Positions 50,729 through 63,696 are shown, counted from the stretch's first letter. The stretch: 64,000 bases of DNA from Azolla caroliniana (GCA_043228905.1 JBHGNT010000008.1:10292001-10356000), one strand, 5' to 3'. Made by a program: numbers and translations. Notes: a model not told the origin generated them from the letters alone.

Positions 50729-52257
50729 TCAACTCGAGTTGGTTCCTTTCGATTGATGTCCGCTTCGTTTGGTATCCGGTTTAGACGATCTCTGGTGTCC
50801 GCTTCGACTCGTACCCAGTTCGGACGGTATCCGGTCATCGCTTATACTCCCCCTCAAGCTTGGCAAGTTAGGGATTGTCAATCCGAGGTCTGACATGAAT
50901 TGTCGAAGCTTGTCGGCTCCTAGGGCCTTGGTGAAGATGTTGGTTGTTTGAAAATTCGTGTTGATGTGTAGAAGATCGACATCTCCGGCCTGAACACGCT
51001 CTCGAATGAAGTGATAGTGCACTTCGATATGCTTTGTGCGTGGGTGTTACACCGGGTTCCGAGCCAGATATATATTGCTCATGTTATCGCAATAAATGGG
51101 AGTCAGATCCTTGATGGGAACACCTAGATCCTTCAAAATCCTCTTGAGCCATACAACTTCACATGCAGCTACGGTTGCGCGCTTGTATTCGGCCTCCACA
51201 CTCGAAAGTGCAACGGTAGGTTGCTTCTTACTACTCCAAGATATTGCTCCGCTACCGAGCGAGAAGACAAATCTGGAGGTCGATCGTCGATCAACTTTGT
51301 AGTTTGCCCAGTCCGCATCTATGTACCCTTTGAGTTGTATTGGTGTGGACGATGTGTAGAGAACGTTGTAATCCATTGTGCCACTCACATATCGTAATAC
51401 TCTCTTAGCGAAATCGAAATGGATGTCTCGCAAATTTTGCATGAATTGGCTAAGGAGTCTGATTGGATAGCTAAGGTCAGGTTGAGTGATTGTGAGATAG
51501 ATGAGGCTCCCGATCAGTTGACGATATTGGGTCGGCTCGCACTCGTCTGTGCCGAAGTCAACATCTAGTTTGAGGTTTCGATCAAGAGGTGTAGCGACCG
51601 ATTTGCATTCAGTCATCCCAAACTTGTATAACAAGTTGAGGATGTAGTGTCGTTGAGAGATCATAATGCCGGTCGGAATCCGAATTACTTCGATGCCAAG
51701 GAAGTAATGGAGCTCCTTCATGTCCGTCATCTCGAATTTTCCGGAGAGGAGGGACTTGACCTAGTTGATGTCAACTAGACTTTCACCTCCAATGACCAGA
51801 TCATCCACGTATAGGATGATGACAATTAGGCTTCTAGAGTCGTGTCGTATGTAAAGGGAGTTGTCGGATTTTGACATTCGAAAGCCGATTTGATGGAGAT
51901 ATACCGTAATCTTCGAATGCCAAGCACGCAGTGCTTGCTTGAGGCCGTAGAGTGGCTTCTTGAGTCAACACACGACTTTTGGATGACTACACGATTCAAA
52001 GCCGGGTGGTTGTACCATGTATACCTCCTCTTCTAATTCCCCTTGAAGAAAGGTGTTCTTGACGTCCATTTGGTGGAGGTGCCACCCTTTTGCCGCTGCA
52101 AGTGCGATCACAATCCACACCATCATCATCTTTGCCACCGGGGCAAAGGTCTCTTCATAATCAACTCCATGTGTTTGTGCGTATCCTTTCGCTACGAGTT
52201 GAGCTTTGTAGCGGTTGACGGAGTCTTCGGCATTATACTTCACCTTGTAAATCCATC
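50729..52257 (-). pseudogene. J RT-RNase H
   Basis: RWIYKVKY, FAPVAKM, MDVKNTFL, SKKQPTVALSS, HYHFIRE. Confidence 0.9.
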
Positions 52258-52503
52258 TGTTGTTGTAGGTTTTTAGGGTTAGGGTTAATGAGAATGATAA
52301 TGATGATGATTGATGATGACGAAGATAGACATGGTGAAATAGCAAAGATGATGAAGAGTATGATGGTGAGAGAGATTGACATGAAGATGTTGATAATTAT
52401 TGAGAAGCATCGCGGGGTAAGGATGACATTGATGAGCATTGCGGGGTGGGGGGTGGTGCCTAGAATGGCTCCACCCCCCTCCCAAGGGGGTTCAACGTTG
52501 AGG

Positions 52504-52564
<61 letters not shown>

Positions 52565-55240
52565 AAAGAGAGATAGAGAGAAATGTTCATACCTTCATTC
52601 ATTCCCCATAAAGGGGTTAAATAATACAAGAGGGGGTAGATACAAAGGGGTGTAAGCCCCCTAGAGCATTCATATTGGACACTCACTCACACCTCATCGT
52701 ATCCCTCCACATGCACACACGTGTGCATGTGTTCACATACATATCGACTCACAATTACATTTATGTTCCCTACACATATACAACATCATCATGATAATAT
52801 TCGACCCTCGCTCATCACACTTGACTCTCCGTACAACTCGTACGGGGTAACACAATATGGCACGCCCGTGGGAAAGTGCCTTGCACATCGATCCCACATG
52901 CCTTGATCATAATTTTTCTTCGACCGGAATTTCCATCGGTCCTCTCAATGAGATCGGAGCGCTTGACTCGAACATCTACGTTGGTCAGCGAATCTTCCGC
53001 GTCATGAACATTCTCATTCTGTCGACTTACGAACTTTGGTAACATCATTTGGGTTGTCAAAAAGACGTTGTGTGTATGTGTGTTCTTCTTTTCATTGATT
53101 TTGCGTAAGTGGTTTCGCATGTTCAAAATTATGAGATGCCCTTGAGTTTTTAAATTTTATCATTTGCCCTTATACAATTAGTCATATGTCCTCACATATC
53201 CGAAATTGCTTTGAATGCCCCTCTCATTTTGTGTTTGTGTTTGTCTTGTTTTTGTCTCCTATTGATCTATTTACATATAATTCTCCCTATATCACTGTCT
53301 TGTTCTTCTCTCATTTTTGCTTCTATCATTTTTCACTTATTTTTCTTTTTTTCCACTCTGTCTCTTGTTTTCCATATGATTGCTTCTTGCTTCTTCTTTG
53401 TCTTCTTTTGTCTTCTTCCTTTGATGTTTTGGTCGGCCAGTCTATGCGTGCATCTTCTTCATGGAATCCTCTCTATTCTCCCTTCTCTTTCTCCTTCTAC
53501 TTCTTCTGTGTCGTTTCCAGCCATGTCTTCCTCCTTCTTTGGTTCTTTTTCTTCCTTTCGTTTTCTTTTGTTCTGTCTCATTTTCTGCTTTGTACTTCAT
53601 CTTTCTCTTCTTTCTATCTTCCTCTTTTGTTTTGCATCTCCCTTCTTCCTATGGTTGTTTTTGCTTCCTCTCCTTCTGATGTTTTGTCTGTTTCCATTTT
53701 TGTCTCTGACTTTGGTTCCGGACCCGTCTCCGTCCGTCGTCCTTCGTCTCTTCATTGTCCGTCGGCGTCTCTATCTCTGTCACTGGCTGCTAATCCGTCG
53801 GCGTCGGCGTCGGTGTCACCTCCTCCCGGTCATCCTTCTTTATTGTTGTCTTTGTCTGGCTAGTCCGTCCGCTCTAGCCACTCCAGCCACTCTCCGGCTG
53901 TTGTTTGGCTGTCATTCCAGTTGCTACGGTCACTCTTTGGCTACTCTCCGGCCATTTTGACTATTCCTTGGCCATTGTTCGTATATCATCATCTCTGTCC
54001 CGTCGCTTGTCTGTCTCTGACCGGTCGCTTTCGTTCATCGGTGGTGACTTTCCCTTAGCACTCCCATCCGGCCGTCTCTTTCTCTGTTCAGCCCTCTAGC
54101 GGCTCCGTTCCCGTATCTGTTGCTTCCCTCTATCGCTCTGTGTCTATCCGCCGCCACTGTCTATTGTCTTTCGGTTCGTACCGACCGGTTGTCCGGCAGT
54201 CAGTTCGTCTGTTGTCCGGCTTCTGGTCCATTCCAGATGTCGTTCCGACCGTGCGTCCAGTCCGTTGTCCTGGCTGTTTCCGGTCCTTCCGGCTGCTCTT
54301 TCTGCAGTCTGGCCCATCAGGCCATGTCTGTCCGGTCCATCTCCAGACATCTCTGTCGCCGGCCTTGTCGGCGCTATTCGGCCAATCTGCAGTTGGCCGT
54401 CCGTCCCGTGGCCACTCTGTTCAGTCGTCATATGGTTGTCGGCCGTTGATATCTGATGGTTATCTCTTGCATCACACGTTCTTGCACACACACGTTGCTA
54501 GTTCTCGTACACTTGCACATCCGTATCGCTGTGTCTCATTCTGCGACTTTTCTAGGACATTGTGATCACCATTTGCTGCGCATCATCGATTCGATTTATC
54601 GTACATTCTTCCACTCCGTCCATTCATTGACTTCTTTGCAGACATCCTCATCACATATCATGCTTCAACTCCGTCTCGCACTTTGCCACCGTCATTTGTC
54701 GCTAACTGCAACCGCACACTTGCGTATCTATGTCATCGTTACTCACACATGTCCACCATTTCTTGCACTTAGTCACTATGTCTTGCATCGCCGCGTATCA
54801 TTCTTCGACTCCGTCTCGAAAGGGGGGTCGCCTTAGTGGTCGCCAAAAGGTGTTGTCTGCCTGGCCGGACTAGCCTCAACACAGGTGTCTATCCGACACT
54901 TCTCCAAAGGGGTGGTAAAGATTGGATGCTAGGTTACACGCGTAAGATGATTACAATTAAGCACAGACGGTAAAACAATACAAAGATACAGATAAACACG
55001 CAATAATTACTTTTGTATTACTTCTATCCAGCCTTTACAAATCATCGGATCCTTTTATAGGCATCCGGCAAGGTTACAATCGGTGCGCTTAGGCAACCGG
55101 CATCCGAATCGGTTCGGATCCGGATCGGTACAACTGTACTGGATCCGTCCCTCTGAATAATAATTATACTATTATTTACTTCCTATTATCCGATCCGACT
55201 CCGCCTTCCCACTTGTCCTTGCTCTTCTGACCGGTCAACA
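52258..55240 (-). mobile_element. Element K: non-coding C-related LTR element with two dissimilar LTRs (probable recombinant)
   Basis: LTR-like ~52258-52852 ending GGGGTAACA. C-like LTR 54851-55240. PBS TGGCGACCAC (-, 54836-54845). Same 3' motif as C at 52858-52897. No TSD. Confidence 0.7.
52506..52560. repeat. (GA)n microsatellite
   Basis: Pure GA run. Confidence 0.95.
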
Positions 55241-56923
55241 CTCTTTTGCCACATTGGGTAGATCCAAGTGTGCCTAGAGAAGTCGTCGATAAAGGTCACG
55301 TAGTATCGGCATCCGCCGAATGTCACTGTTTGAGCCGGTCCCCATACATCGGAATGAGTTACGTCGAGTACGCGTTTGCTTACATTCCTCTCCTTCGGAA
55401 ATGGATGCCGATGTTGCTTACCGAATTGGCAAGCCACACATACACCTTCAATCTCTCTCTCTTTAAAGGTTGGGATTCTGATGACGACTCCTTTCGATTG
55501 CATCACCTTGAGCTTTTGAAGGTTGATATGGCCAATCCGCTTGTGCCATAACTGTATGTCGGAATCGGCTTTCATGCCCTTTGTGAACATGGCTGATTTC
55601 ATCTCGTGCGAGTCGAGAATGAACATTCGGCCCCCTCTTCATCCGCGAGCCATGAGTCGGCCCTCTTTTTCGATGAAGCAACCTCCTTGATTAAATCGTA
55701 CTTGCATACCTTGCTCAACAATTTGGCCAACGGATACCAAATTCTTCGTAATGATTGGTACATGCAAGACATTTTTAATAAAATTTTGGTTACCTTCTTT
55801 GCCGAATGGGACATTGCCAATATGTCGAATCGGATGTGTAGTGTCATCTCCAGTTTTGACATAGCTAGGTCGTTCTCGCTCTCGAAGTTCTCAGAACCAT
55901 TCTTGATGAGACATCATATGGTTCGAGGCACCGGAATCGACGAACCATACGTCTTCTGGACTAGATGCGCTATTCGAAGTAGAAGCCGACATAGAATTTT
56001 CTCTATGTCTCATCACGAACATTCCGCCATGGTCATCATAGTCGAAGTCGGTGGCTTGTGGAAGCCGACTCGCGTATCTTCTTAGGTTACTCTTCTTCGT
56101 GGTGACCGATTTTTACGCTATACCCGCATTCGGTTGAGTTTTGTCGGCTCGGGCCGGAATGGAAGCTCCCCCTTCTTCCGAAGGTCCCTTGATGGCTTCC
56201 GTCTTGATGCCGAAACTGTGAGTTGTTTTCGTAAGTCGGGCCTCGTCCACCTCGTCCTTGGCCGAATCAGCCTCTTCTTGCACGGTCGCGTCCTCTTCCT
56301 CCGTCCGAGTGTGAGTAAAGCATGTGGCCTTTGGAGGCGTTGCTCCTTGTTCAAACATGGTTTTCTTTGACCAACAACGTCGATTGAAGGTCGAAGAAGG
56401 AGGGCGGATTCTCCCGTGCTAATACGGCGGTCCTTATCGCGCCGAACCGTGGTGCAAGGCCGCCGAGGCATATTTGCACCATCTCGTCATCCTCCACATT
56501 TACTCTTATCGAGCCGAGCGCATCACAAAGCTCCTTGATCTTCAAGGTGTAGCTAGTGATGGACATATCCCTTTGTTGGATGTTGTTCAACTCTTGACGG
56601 AGTTGAAGCTTTCTCGCAATTGTGTTGGCGGCTAAAATCTTCCAAAGATTCTCCCACGCTTCCTTTGGCGTCTCGGCTTCTCGAATGTAGCTGAGCATGT
56701 GGTCGTGAACACATGTCGCCAAGCAATACATCACTCGGCTTGCCGCTTGCTCCTCTACTCCGTAGTCGGCGTCTTTCAAGTCGGGTCGGTTTTCTTGTGC
56801 TCCTTTGATGTAACTCCAATAGCCTTGACCGACAAGGTATTGGTGAATCTTGTACTCCCAAGATGCAAAGTTGTTGCGATCCAACTTCTCGCTAGGGAGA
56901 GTGCTCCCCATTTGAGTATTCAT
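55241..56923 (-). pseudogene. J gag-PR-integrase N-terminus
   Basis: EKLDRNNFASWEYK gag, IDSGASNHM-type protease, LWHKRIGH, HSDVWGP. Confidence 0.9.
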
Positions 56924-57830
56924 TGTCGATTAAGCTTCCTTTCTTCTTTTCCTTCTCTCTCGAACACGAGCTATGTAGTGGTACTACGATAGCGATGAGC
57001 TGGTTCTTCTTGAATGTCGTCATAGAGGCAACACACGGTCACGATGAGGCCAATGGGCTAGATCGAGCTTACCAAATCGCTCTGATACCACGTAAAGAAT
57101 CGAGTATGGTTCTTGTGTAGCGGAAGAGATGTGTGTTATGTCTATGTGTGAGAGGAATTAGAGGGAGATGAGAGAACACAAGATAGATAGAAAAAGGAAT
57201 ACTCAAGAAGAAGGTGTATATTTCTCAAGTAGAATAAGAATTATAAAATGTAGCATAACAAGGAGTCACAACCGACTTAGTATGAAGTAGGAGAAGGGTG
57301 CTTTATATATAGTCACCCTCTCTCTTCATTAACTAACTACAACAATCACTCTCTCTTGGCGAATGTGAAGACTCATAGTCATGGGGAATATGTAACTCAT
57401 TAGTTATGTGTCATAGAATATGATTCTATGCCACATAGTTAATGTGTAGAGAGTAGTGGTGTGACTCTTAACCTTTGAGTAATCATAGATTCTCAAAAGG
57501 TGTGTTCACACATTGTGCTATGTTGAGCTTGATTCTCAACAAACATTAATAGAAGCCTTTAGTAAACAAAGAAATATGTAAAACCAAATAGATAAATAAG
57601 AATAAATTACCTTAGTCATCTCCAAGAAGTGTTCAAGTGAATTTGGTACCTACCCTGACTCATTCGTTGTATACACACATTCTTTTGGTGAGTCACGCTG
57701 TCGTGACGATTTTCGGCTACGGTGTGAAACCGACTGAGACGAATAAACCAAGGATGTGCAACATTGCACATGCACTTAACAAATAAACCTAAGGCCTAGT
57801 GGGACTTGAGTTCATACAGAGGGGTGCAAG

Positions 57831-57890
57831 CAAGGTTTGAACCTTGCACCTCTAAGATACAAGATGATTGCCTTACCATTAGGACAACTA
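57831..57890 (-). promoter_or_regulatory. tRNA-like A/B-box module in the N LTR (antisense to the element)
   Basis: TGTCCTAATGGTAAGG followed by a perfect T-arm-like stem CAAGG-TTCAAA-CCTTG. Confidence 0.55.
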
Positions 57891-58385
57891 TCACATAATG
57901 TAGATTCTATGTATTTCCTTTTTATATATGAATTATAGATGAAACAACCATAGAAAACCATGTGCACAAAACCATGGTTCTAAACCCATGGTTTGTGCAT
58001 GATATAAGCAAAACCGTGTGCACAAAACCATGGTTTTAGCCCATGGTTTTGTGCATGTCACAAGCATGGAAAGACCTATAAAAGCCTCTAGTTGGGCTTG
58101 TGTAAGGGGGGCTCAATATGTGATATCACCAACACCACTATCATCAATATAATTATATAATTCTTTATCTTCTTCATATTTTCTACTTCTGAAGTGTACA
58201 ATCTTTCTTCTTCTCAAGTAAACCAATTTCATCTAATCTTACATTGATCGTCATCTCTTCGATAATTCTGCAAACATCCTCCCTAGTCCAAGACCCCAGT
58301 GGTCACTCGAGTAGCACACGCACGCGCGAATCTTCGCGACATCATTTGGTGAACCCAACGTGAAGAGCAGTACGGGAGGACGAAG

Positions 58386-59111
58386 ATGGATGGTGAATAT
58401 CTCATGGAGGCAATGTCAAAAAGGATGATGGAGTTTCTCAGAGAAGGGAAAAGACGAAATGAAGCCCAACAAGCCATCGATAGGGTAGTCGAGCAAGTGA
58501 GCTATTTCAACGGCGTTGAAGTCCAAAGTTTTCTAAAAGTCTACAATGCAGAGATGGATTCAAGAGGTGTGGACAAAGCTATGAGGCTGGAGTACTTTTG
58601 TCGGGTGGTGTCTCAACCGATCTTCAAAGACGTAAAAGCGCTTCTAGAAGCTCATGATTCGTGGGAGACTTTCGAGAAGGCTCTATTGGAGGAATATGGC
58701 TATGAGAGACTAATGGGACGAGATCGACACAACTTTGACCAATGGGTGACATCGGCGAAGACCCACCAAGGCGCGACACAAGCATTCGTAGAGTTCGAGC
58801 ATTGTTTTTCTCAACTCTCAAAGCGGGAACAAAGATTAGTGGGGGTCGATAAGGTTCTTATGTTCGTGAAGTCAATCGATCGAATTGAAAGGATGTCCAT
58901 CGGCCTCAAACTCGAAGAAGATGACGGTGCAAATGGCCTCATCGAGGATTGGAGCAAAGTGGAAAGTGTATGCCGACTACACGATAAGGGGCGAGCGAGA
59001 ATATCGACGACAACAAGACGGCCCATGAGGGACGATCGAAGAGGGATAAGATGCAACAACGCGCCACCAACAAAAGAAATGAAGCTTAAAAGGGAGACAA
59101 AACCAAGGTGA
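58386..59111 (+). CDS. N gag-like protein (241 aa); acidic low-complexity ORFs follow to ~60063
   Basis: Starts 22 nt after the PBS; homologous to the E gag (FNGVEVQSFLKVYNAEM, LEYFCRV). Confidence 0.65.
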   Translation: MDGEYLMEAMSKRMMEFLREGKRRNEAQQAIDRVVEQVSYFNGVEVQSFLKVYNAEMDSRGVDKAMRLEYFCRVVSQPIFKDVKALLEAHDSWETFEKALLEEYGYERLMGRDRHNFDQWVTSAKTHQGATQAFVEFEHCFSQLSKREQRLVGVDKVLMFVKSIDRIERMSIGLKLEEDDGANGLIEDWSKVESVCRLHDKGRARISTTTRRPMRDDRRGIRCNNAPPTKEMKLKRETKPR

Positions 59112-60160
59112 ATGGTGATCGAGGAAGAAGAGACCTCCCAACAAATGCGGGTTAATGAAGTGGCCAATGCAAAGGCTAAGGTTCGGTATGACGGTACCGA
59201 GAGAGAAGGTGCGAAACAAGTCACCTTCTTGTCTTACGAAGAAACGACGGCCAAGGAGGAGGCAGATGACTCGAGGACGGCGAACGCCACTTTGAGGGAG
59301 GATAAATATTTTGGAACGCGCATTGTGTACGAAACATCGGGTGATGAAGGTGCAAGCATGAGAAAATCTGGCATGATCGAGGGAGATAAAGTGTTTGAGT
59401 CCGACGTGATTGAGGAGGTAGCCATGAAAAACGACATCGAGTCGGAGGTGGCTATGGACGAGTCAACAACGGATAGCCATGTCGACACTTTCTCCACGCT
59501 TGTTCCAGAGATTTCGGCGGTTGTGCCCATGTGCCAATGTGAGACCGGAGAGACGGAATGTGTCGACGGAAAAGCCAAAGGCCCAACACAAAGAGGAAGA
59601 AGATCGAGGAAGAAAGGATATCCCCGCACCTATTCTAGAGACTTCGGCGGTTTTGCACATGCGCCAACCTGAGACCGGAGAGACGGAATGTGTCGACGGA
59701 AAAGCGGATGACCGGAAGGGTGATGAGGAAGACAAGGTAAATGAACGAAGGGATTCCTTCACATTGGTTCCGGAGACTTCGGTAGTCAAGACCGTGTGTC
59801 GACATAAGACCGAAGATAAAGGAGGTAGCGGAGAGGAGACAATATGGCTCGAGGCGAGCATACACAGAGGGAAGGATGTGGCCAATGAGGAGGCCAAGGA
59901 TGAAGCCGCAGTTGAGTTCGATGGAGAGGCAGCATGCGGGAAGGAAGGAAGAGTCGAGAACCGGTCGAACTGGAAGATGATCCGGCCGGGATTCTGGCCC
60001 GAACGAAGGAAGATCCACATGGGAGATGATCGACCGGGGCCGACCCAGCCGAAACTTGATTAGGAGGAAATCGATCGGATGATCCCGATCCAAAAGGGGG
60101 CCAACCCGGTCAGAATCAATCGGTCGAGCCCAACTTGGCGAAATGAGAATGCAGACGAAG

Positions 60161-63100
60161 GCCAACCGGTGTAACTGATCGTTACCCGATTTGAGGCCCT
60201 TCTTGGCTGGATTGGTCTTCGTTGCCGAAGATCTGCCATTCTGCTTGCCAGAGTCAGACGCACACCGATCTGACTCATCGTTGCCGGTTTCGAATTCTGA
60301 CATCTTCTTCTTCCCCTTCTCTTTGCGCATGAACCGTCTCCTCGATTCCTTGCGCCGGGAGTGCACGGCAAAGTCTCCATTACTCTCTGGTTCCTCATCG
60401 GACTAATTAGATTGACTCAGTCTCTCGTTCAGCCCACTCAACCGAAACGATTCCGGGCTCTCATCCTGAGTCCACGCTTCATCATCATCTACTTGTGCCG
60501 GCTCAGGCGCACTAGCCTCATCCTCCGACATTGGGTCATATTCGGAAGTCAGAGCCGGTAAGGAGTACCATGATGCCGATTCATCGCACTCAACATATCG
60601 ACTAACTCGGACCTGCTTTTTCCGGGGGTTATAACACTTATAACCCTTTTGCTCTTGAGCATAGCCAACTAGGATGCATTTTTCCGATTTTGCATCCAGC
60701 TTCCTCCGCTTCTCATCCGGTATATGCACAGATGCAATGCTACCGAAGATCTTAAGGTGTCTCAAATTCGGCTTTCGCCCGAAATACAGCTCGTGAGTTG
60801 ACACCTTGTCGTCGATCCGGTTCTGGATGTAGACAGTCGTTTGGACTACCTCCGCCCAGTAGAATTTGGGCATGCTCTTGTCCTCCAGCATTGCCCTTGC
60901 CACATCAATAAGCGACTGGTTCTTCCTCTCGGCAACACCGTTCTGTTGTGGTGTGTATCTGTAGCTGAATTCCTGTTTGCTGTAGATAACTATTGATTTG
61001 GCCGGAAATGTATTCTTTCCCGCCATCCGACCGCAGGCATTTGATCTTCCTCTCTGATTCCCGTTCCACCATGCTTTGGAGACTCCTAAAAACACTCAAA
61101 GACTTCACTCTTCCGCTCAATGAGGTAGATCCATGTGTGTCGTGTATAGTCGTTGATGAAGGAGACAAAATATCGACTCCCACCAAGACTAACATTCTAT
61201 GCCGGTCCCCACACATCTAAATGGATTAGGTCGAGCTTGTTACGGCTCCGGTTACGTTCGGTAGGGAATGGAAGCCGGTGTTGCTTCCCGAGTTGGTAGG
61301 CTTCACATACTTTGGCCTTCCGGCCGCTGAACTTCGGCAAACCGAAAACAACTTGTTTCGCTTGCAGGTCTTGAAGCCTCCGGTAATTGACGTGGCCTAT
61401 CCGCTTGTGCCACAGGTCGATGTCCGATTCGACCTTCTGTCCTTTTGCAAACATGTGCCAACGTCATTGGTGTCGAAGATAAACATCCTCCCGTCTCTGC
61501 GCCCTTGCGCAATAATCTAGCCCTCTTCCTCGATGAAGCACCCAAGGTGCGTAAACCACACCTGCATCCCCTGGTCGACAATCTGTCCGACCAACACTAG
61601 GTTCTTCGTGATTTTCAGAACGTGTAATACGTTCATCAGCTTCCCCTTCTATCCAACGTGGCTCAAAGGGACTTCTCTGACATGCACGATTGGGTGAGGA
61701 GTGTCATCTCCGGTTTCGACTACTCCTGGTTGATCCGATTTCTCCAAAAAGGAGAACCACTCTTTGTGGCTCGTCATGTGGTTCGATGCACCAGAATCAA
61801 CATACCACACTTCCTCCGATTTGGAAGTGGTCTTCTTCATCGAGTTCGCCTCGTGCTTCATCACCAAGGTTGGCCCGTTACCGTTCTTGGATCCTCCAGA
61901 TCCCTTCGCGTAGTGCGAGCTTTGCCGTCCATCCTTGCTAGCCTTGCCGGATCCGGATTTGTCCGAATCGGCGCGCTTTCTCCAGCACTCGCTTTCTCTG
62001 TGGCCCTTCTTGCCACAGTACGAACATTCCGTTGCATATTTGACTTGCCGGCCTCCGGCACCGCCATGACCCCCCCTGCCCGTGGAAGTCCCGGAACTGT
62101 TGTCGGCACGTTCTTTGTGCCTTCGTTCTTGCTCTTGTCGGCCTCCTCCATTGCGTGCCGACCCGCCTCGTCCACCACGCCCATGGGACTGATCCGCCTC
62201 CATGCACAGCATCCGGCTGTCAGTGGGTGCGCTAGTTGACGCACTGGCGTGGTTCTCCTCTACAAGGAGCATCGACTGTAAGTCGAAAAATGACGGTGTA
62301 TTCTCCCTTGTACATACCGTCGTTCGGAACGCTCTGAACTTAGATGCCAGGCCCCCAAGACAGACCTGTACCATCTCGTCTTCCTCTACGGTAACATTGA
62401 TAGAGGCAAGCGAGTCACAGATCTCTTTGATCCGGGCCATGTAATCCGCCGCCGACATGTCCTTCTGTCGTACATTGCTCAACTCCTGTCGAAGTTGCAG
62501 CTTCCGGGCTGTAGTGCTCGCGGCGAAAACCTTCTTCAGGTTCCCCCAAGCCTCCTTCGACGTCTTGGCATCTCGGATGTGGCTCAGCAACTAGTCTCCG
62601 ACACTAGACGCAAAGCAGTACATCACTTTGCTTGCCGATTGTTCCCACACTAGGAAGTCCTTATGTGTCTCATCAGGTGCTATTTCGTTGGCTCCTTCGA
62701 CAAAACTCCAATAGCCATGCCCACGTAGGTACTGGTGCATCTTATACGACCAAGATGCATAGTTGGATCTGTCCAATTTCTCCACAGAGAGCGAGCTAGC
62801 CATCCCTCTATCCATCACTTCTCTGTCTGTTGTTCTTACGACCTATTAGGGTTTTCTTTCAAGCGTTTGTCGGCTGAAGAGGTTCTCAACCTCGCTCTGA
62901 TACCATGAAAACGATTACTTGTAGAAGCGTTAGAAAATAGAGAAAGTAGAGAATACACAGAGTACACGGGAGAGACAGAGAGAGCAGAACGTGAAAGCTA
63001 TATACAAATCAATATATTCACTCTATCACATACAATTGTGCTCAGTAGCACTATTTATACAAGTCCTCATGGAACTGACAGAAGTACCACGTACTTCAAT

Positions 63101-63319
63101 GCTCACACGAACTTCTGACACTTACTACGAGACTATAATTGCCTAGTAGTCTAAACTAATACTAGGCTTCTGGTTACCGATTGGATCTGGCTAACTGGCT
63201 CCCCAGCTCACTGGCTCTGTTGCTTGCCGGCTCGGTTGCTCACGGCTTATCGATCCGTCTCGCTTGCCAGCTCAGGCTTCTTCAGTCAATCCGTCTCTAG
63301 TTGAGCTTGCCGCTCAACA
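60161..63319 (-). mobile_element. Element O: 3'-truncated Copia of the D/J group
   Basis: 5' LTR 62906-63319; PBS-Met at 62894-62905; gag-PR-INT present; RT, RH and 3' LTR absent. Confidence 0.9.
60163..62815 (-). pseudogene. O gag-PR-integrase, disrupted
   Basis: CSYCGKKGHRESEC, WYVDSGASNHMT, LRSDGGKEY, TPQQNGVAERKN. Confidence 0.9.
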
Positions 63320-63696
63320 ACTACATGTGAAACGGACAACTAAGTGTCAAGTTATGTGAGTGTGAGTTTGAGAAGAAGAAGAGGAAAACAAAACTGTGAG
63401 ATATCCCACATAGATAGGATAACATCAAGATTCCAGAGTATATAAGTAGAGCCATATCGCTTTATATTATATCTATGTGTTTAGAGCACATAAAGGTTGT
63501 GTGTTTTATAACTTAGATGAATGGATGTGCCCAAGTTATTCAAATAGAGTTTTGAATGGACGGCACCGGGTGGAATGGACCGATCGGATAGGTGGATCAT
63601 GATGCACAGTGCCTTGAAGATTTCTCGAGGTGACACAAACAAAATCGTCTATAGGTTCCATTGGTTCATTGGAGCTCGACTGAAGTTGTAATATTC

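Larger units (their letters stand above)
50269..57541 (-). mobile_element. Element J: Copia related to D and O, with the central part replaced by K
   Basis: LTRs 50269-50715 and 57091-57541. PBS-Met at 57079-57090. PPT at 50716-50727. Perfect TSD AACAT. Confidence 0.94.
49930..57698 (-). pseudogene. Two-exon relic of a DNA-transposase-like gene (Sola2-like, tentative); the intron contains Copia J
   Basis: Exon ...LEHFLEMTK ends at 57611, then GTAATT...TGTAG, then an in-frame exon from 50241: VELFRKFKD*HPSINFGFCKFQGLKLCFVRKLKERNTCCCAYH. Confidence 0.55.
57699..60160 (+). mobile_element. Element N: 3'-truncated relative of E (tRNA-Trp PBS)
   Basis: LTR 57699-58341 has termini homologous to the E LTR (TGTCGTGA... 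/ CCCTAGTCCAAGACCCC...CGCGACA). PBS TGGTGAACCCAACGTGAA at 58347-58364. Confidence 0.85.

Noticed and set aside
53186-53960. Hydrophobic 225/249-aa ORFs resembling membrane proteins
   Set aside because: Artefact of T/C-rich low-complexity DNA; open in several frames with no motifs.
57831-57890. Functional tRNA gene
   Set aside because: No convincing acceptor or anticodon stem; reported only as an A/B-box module.
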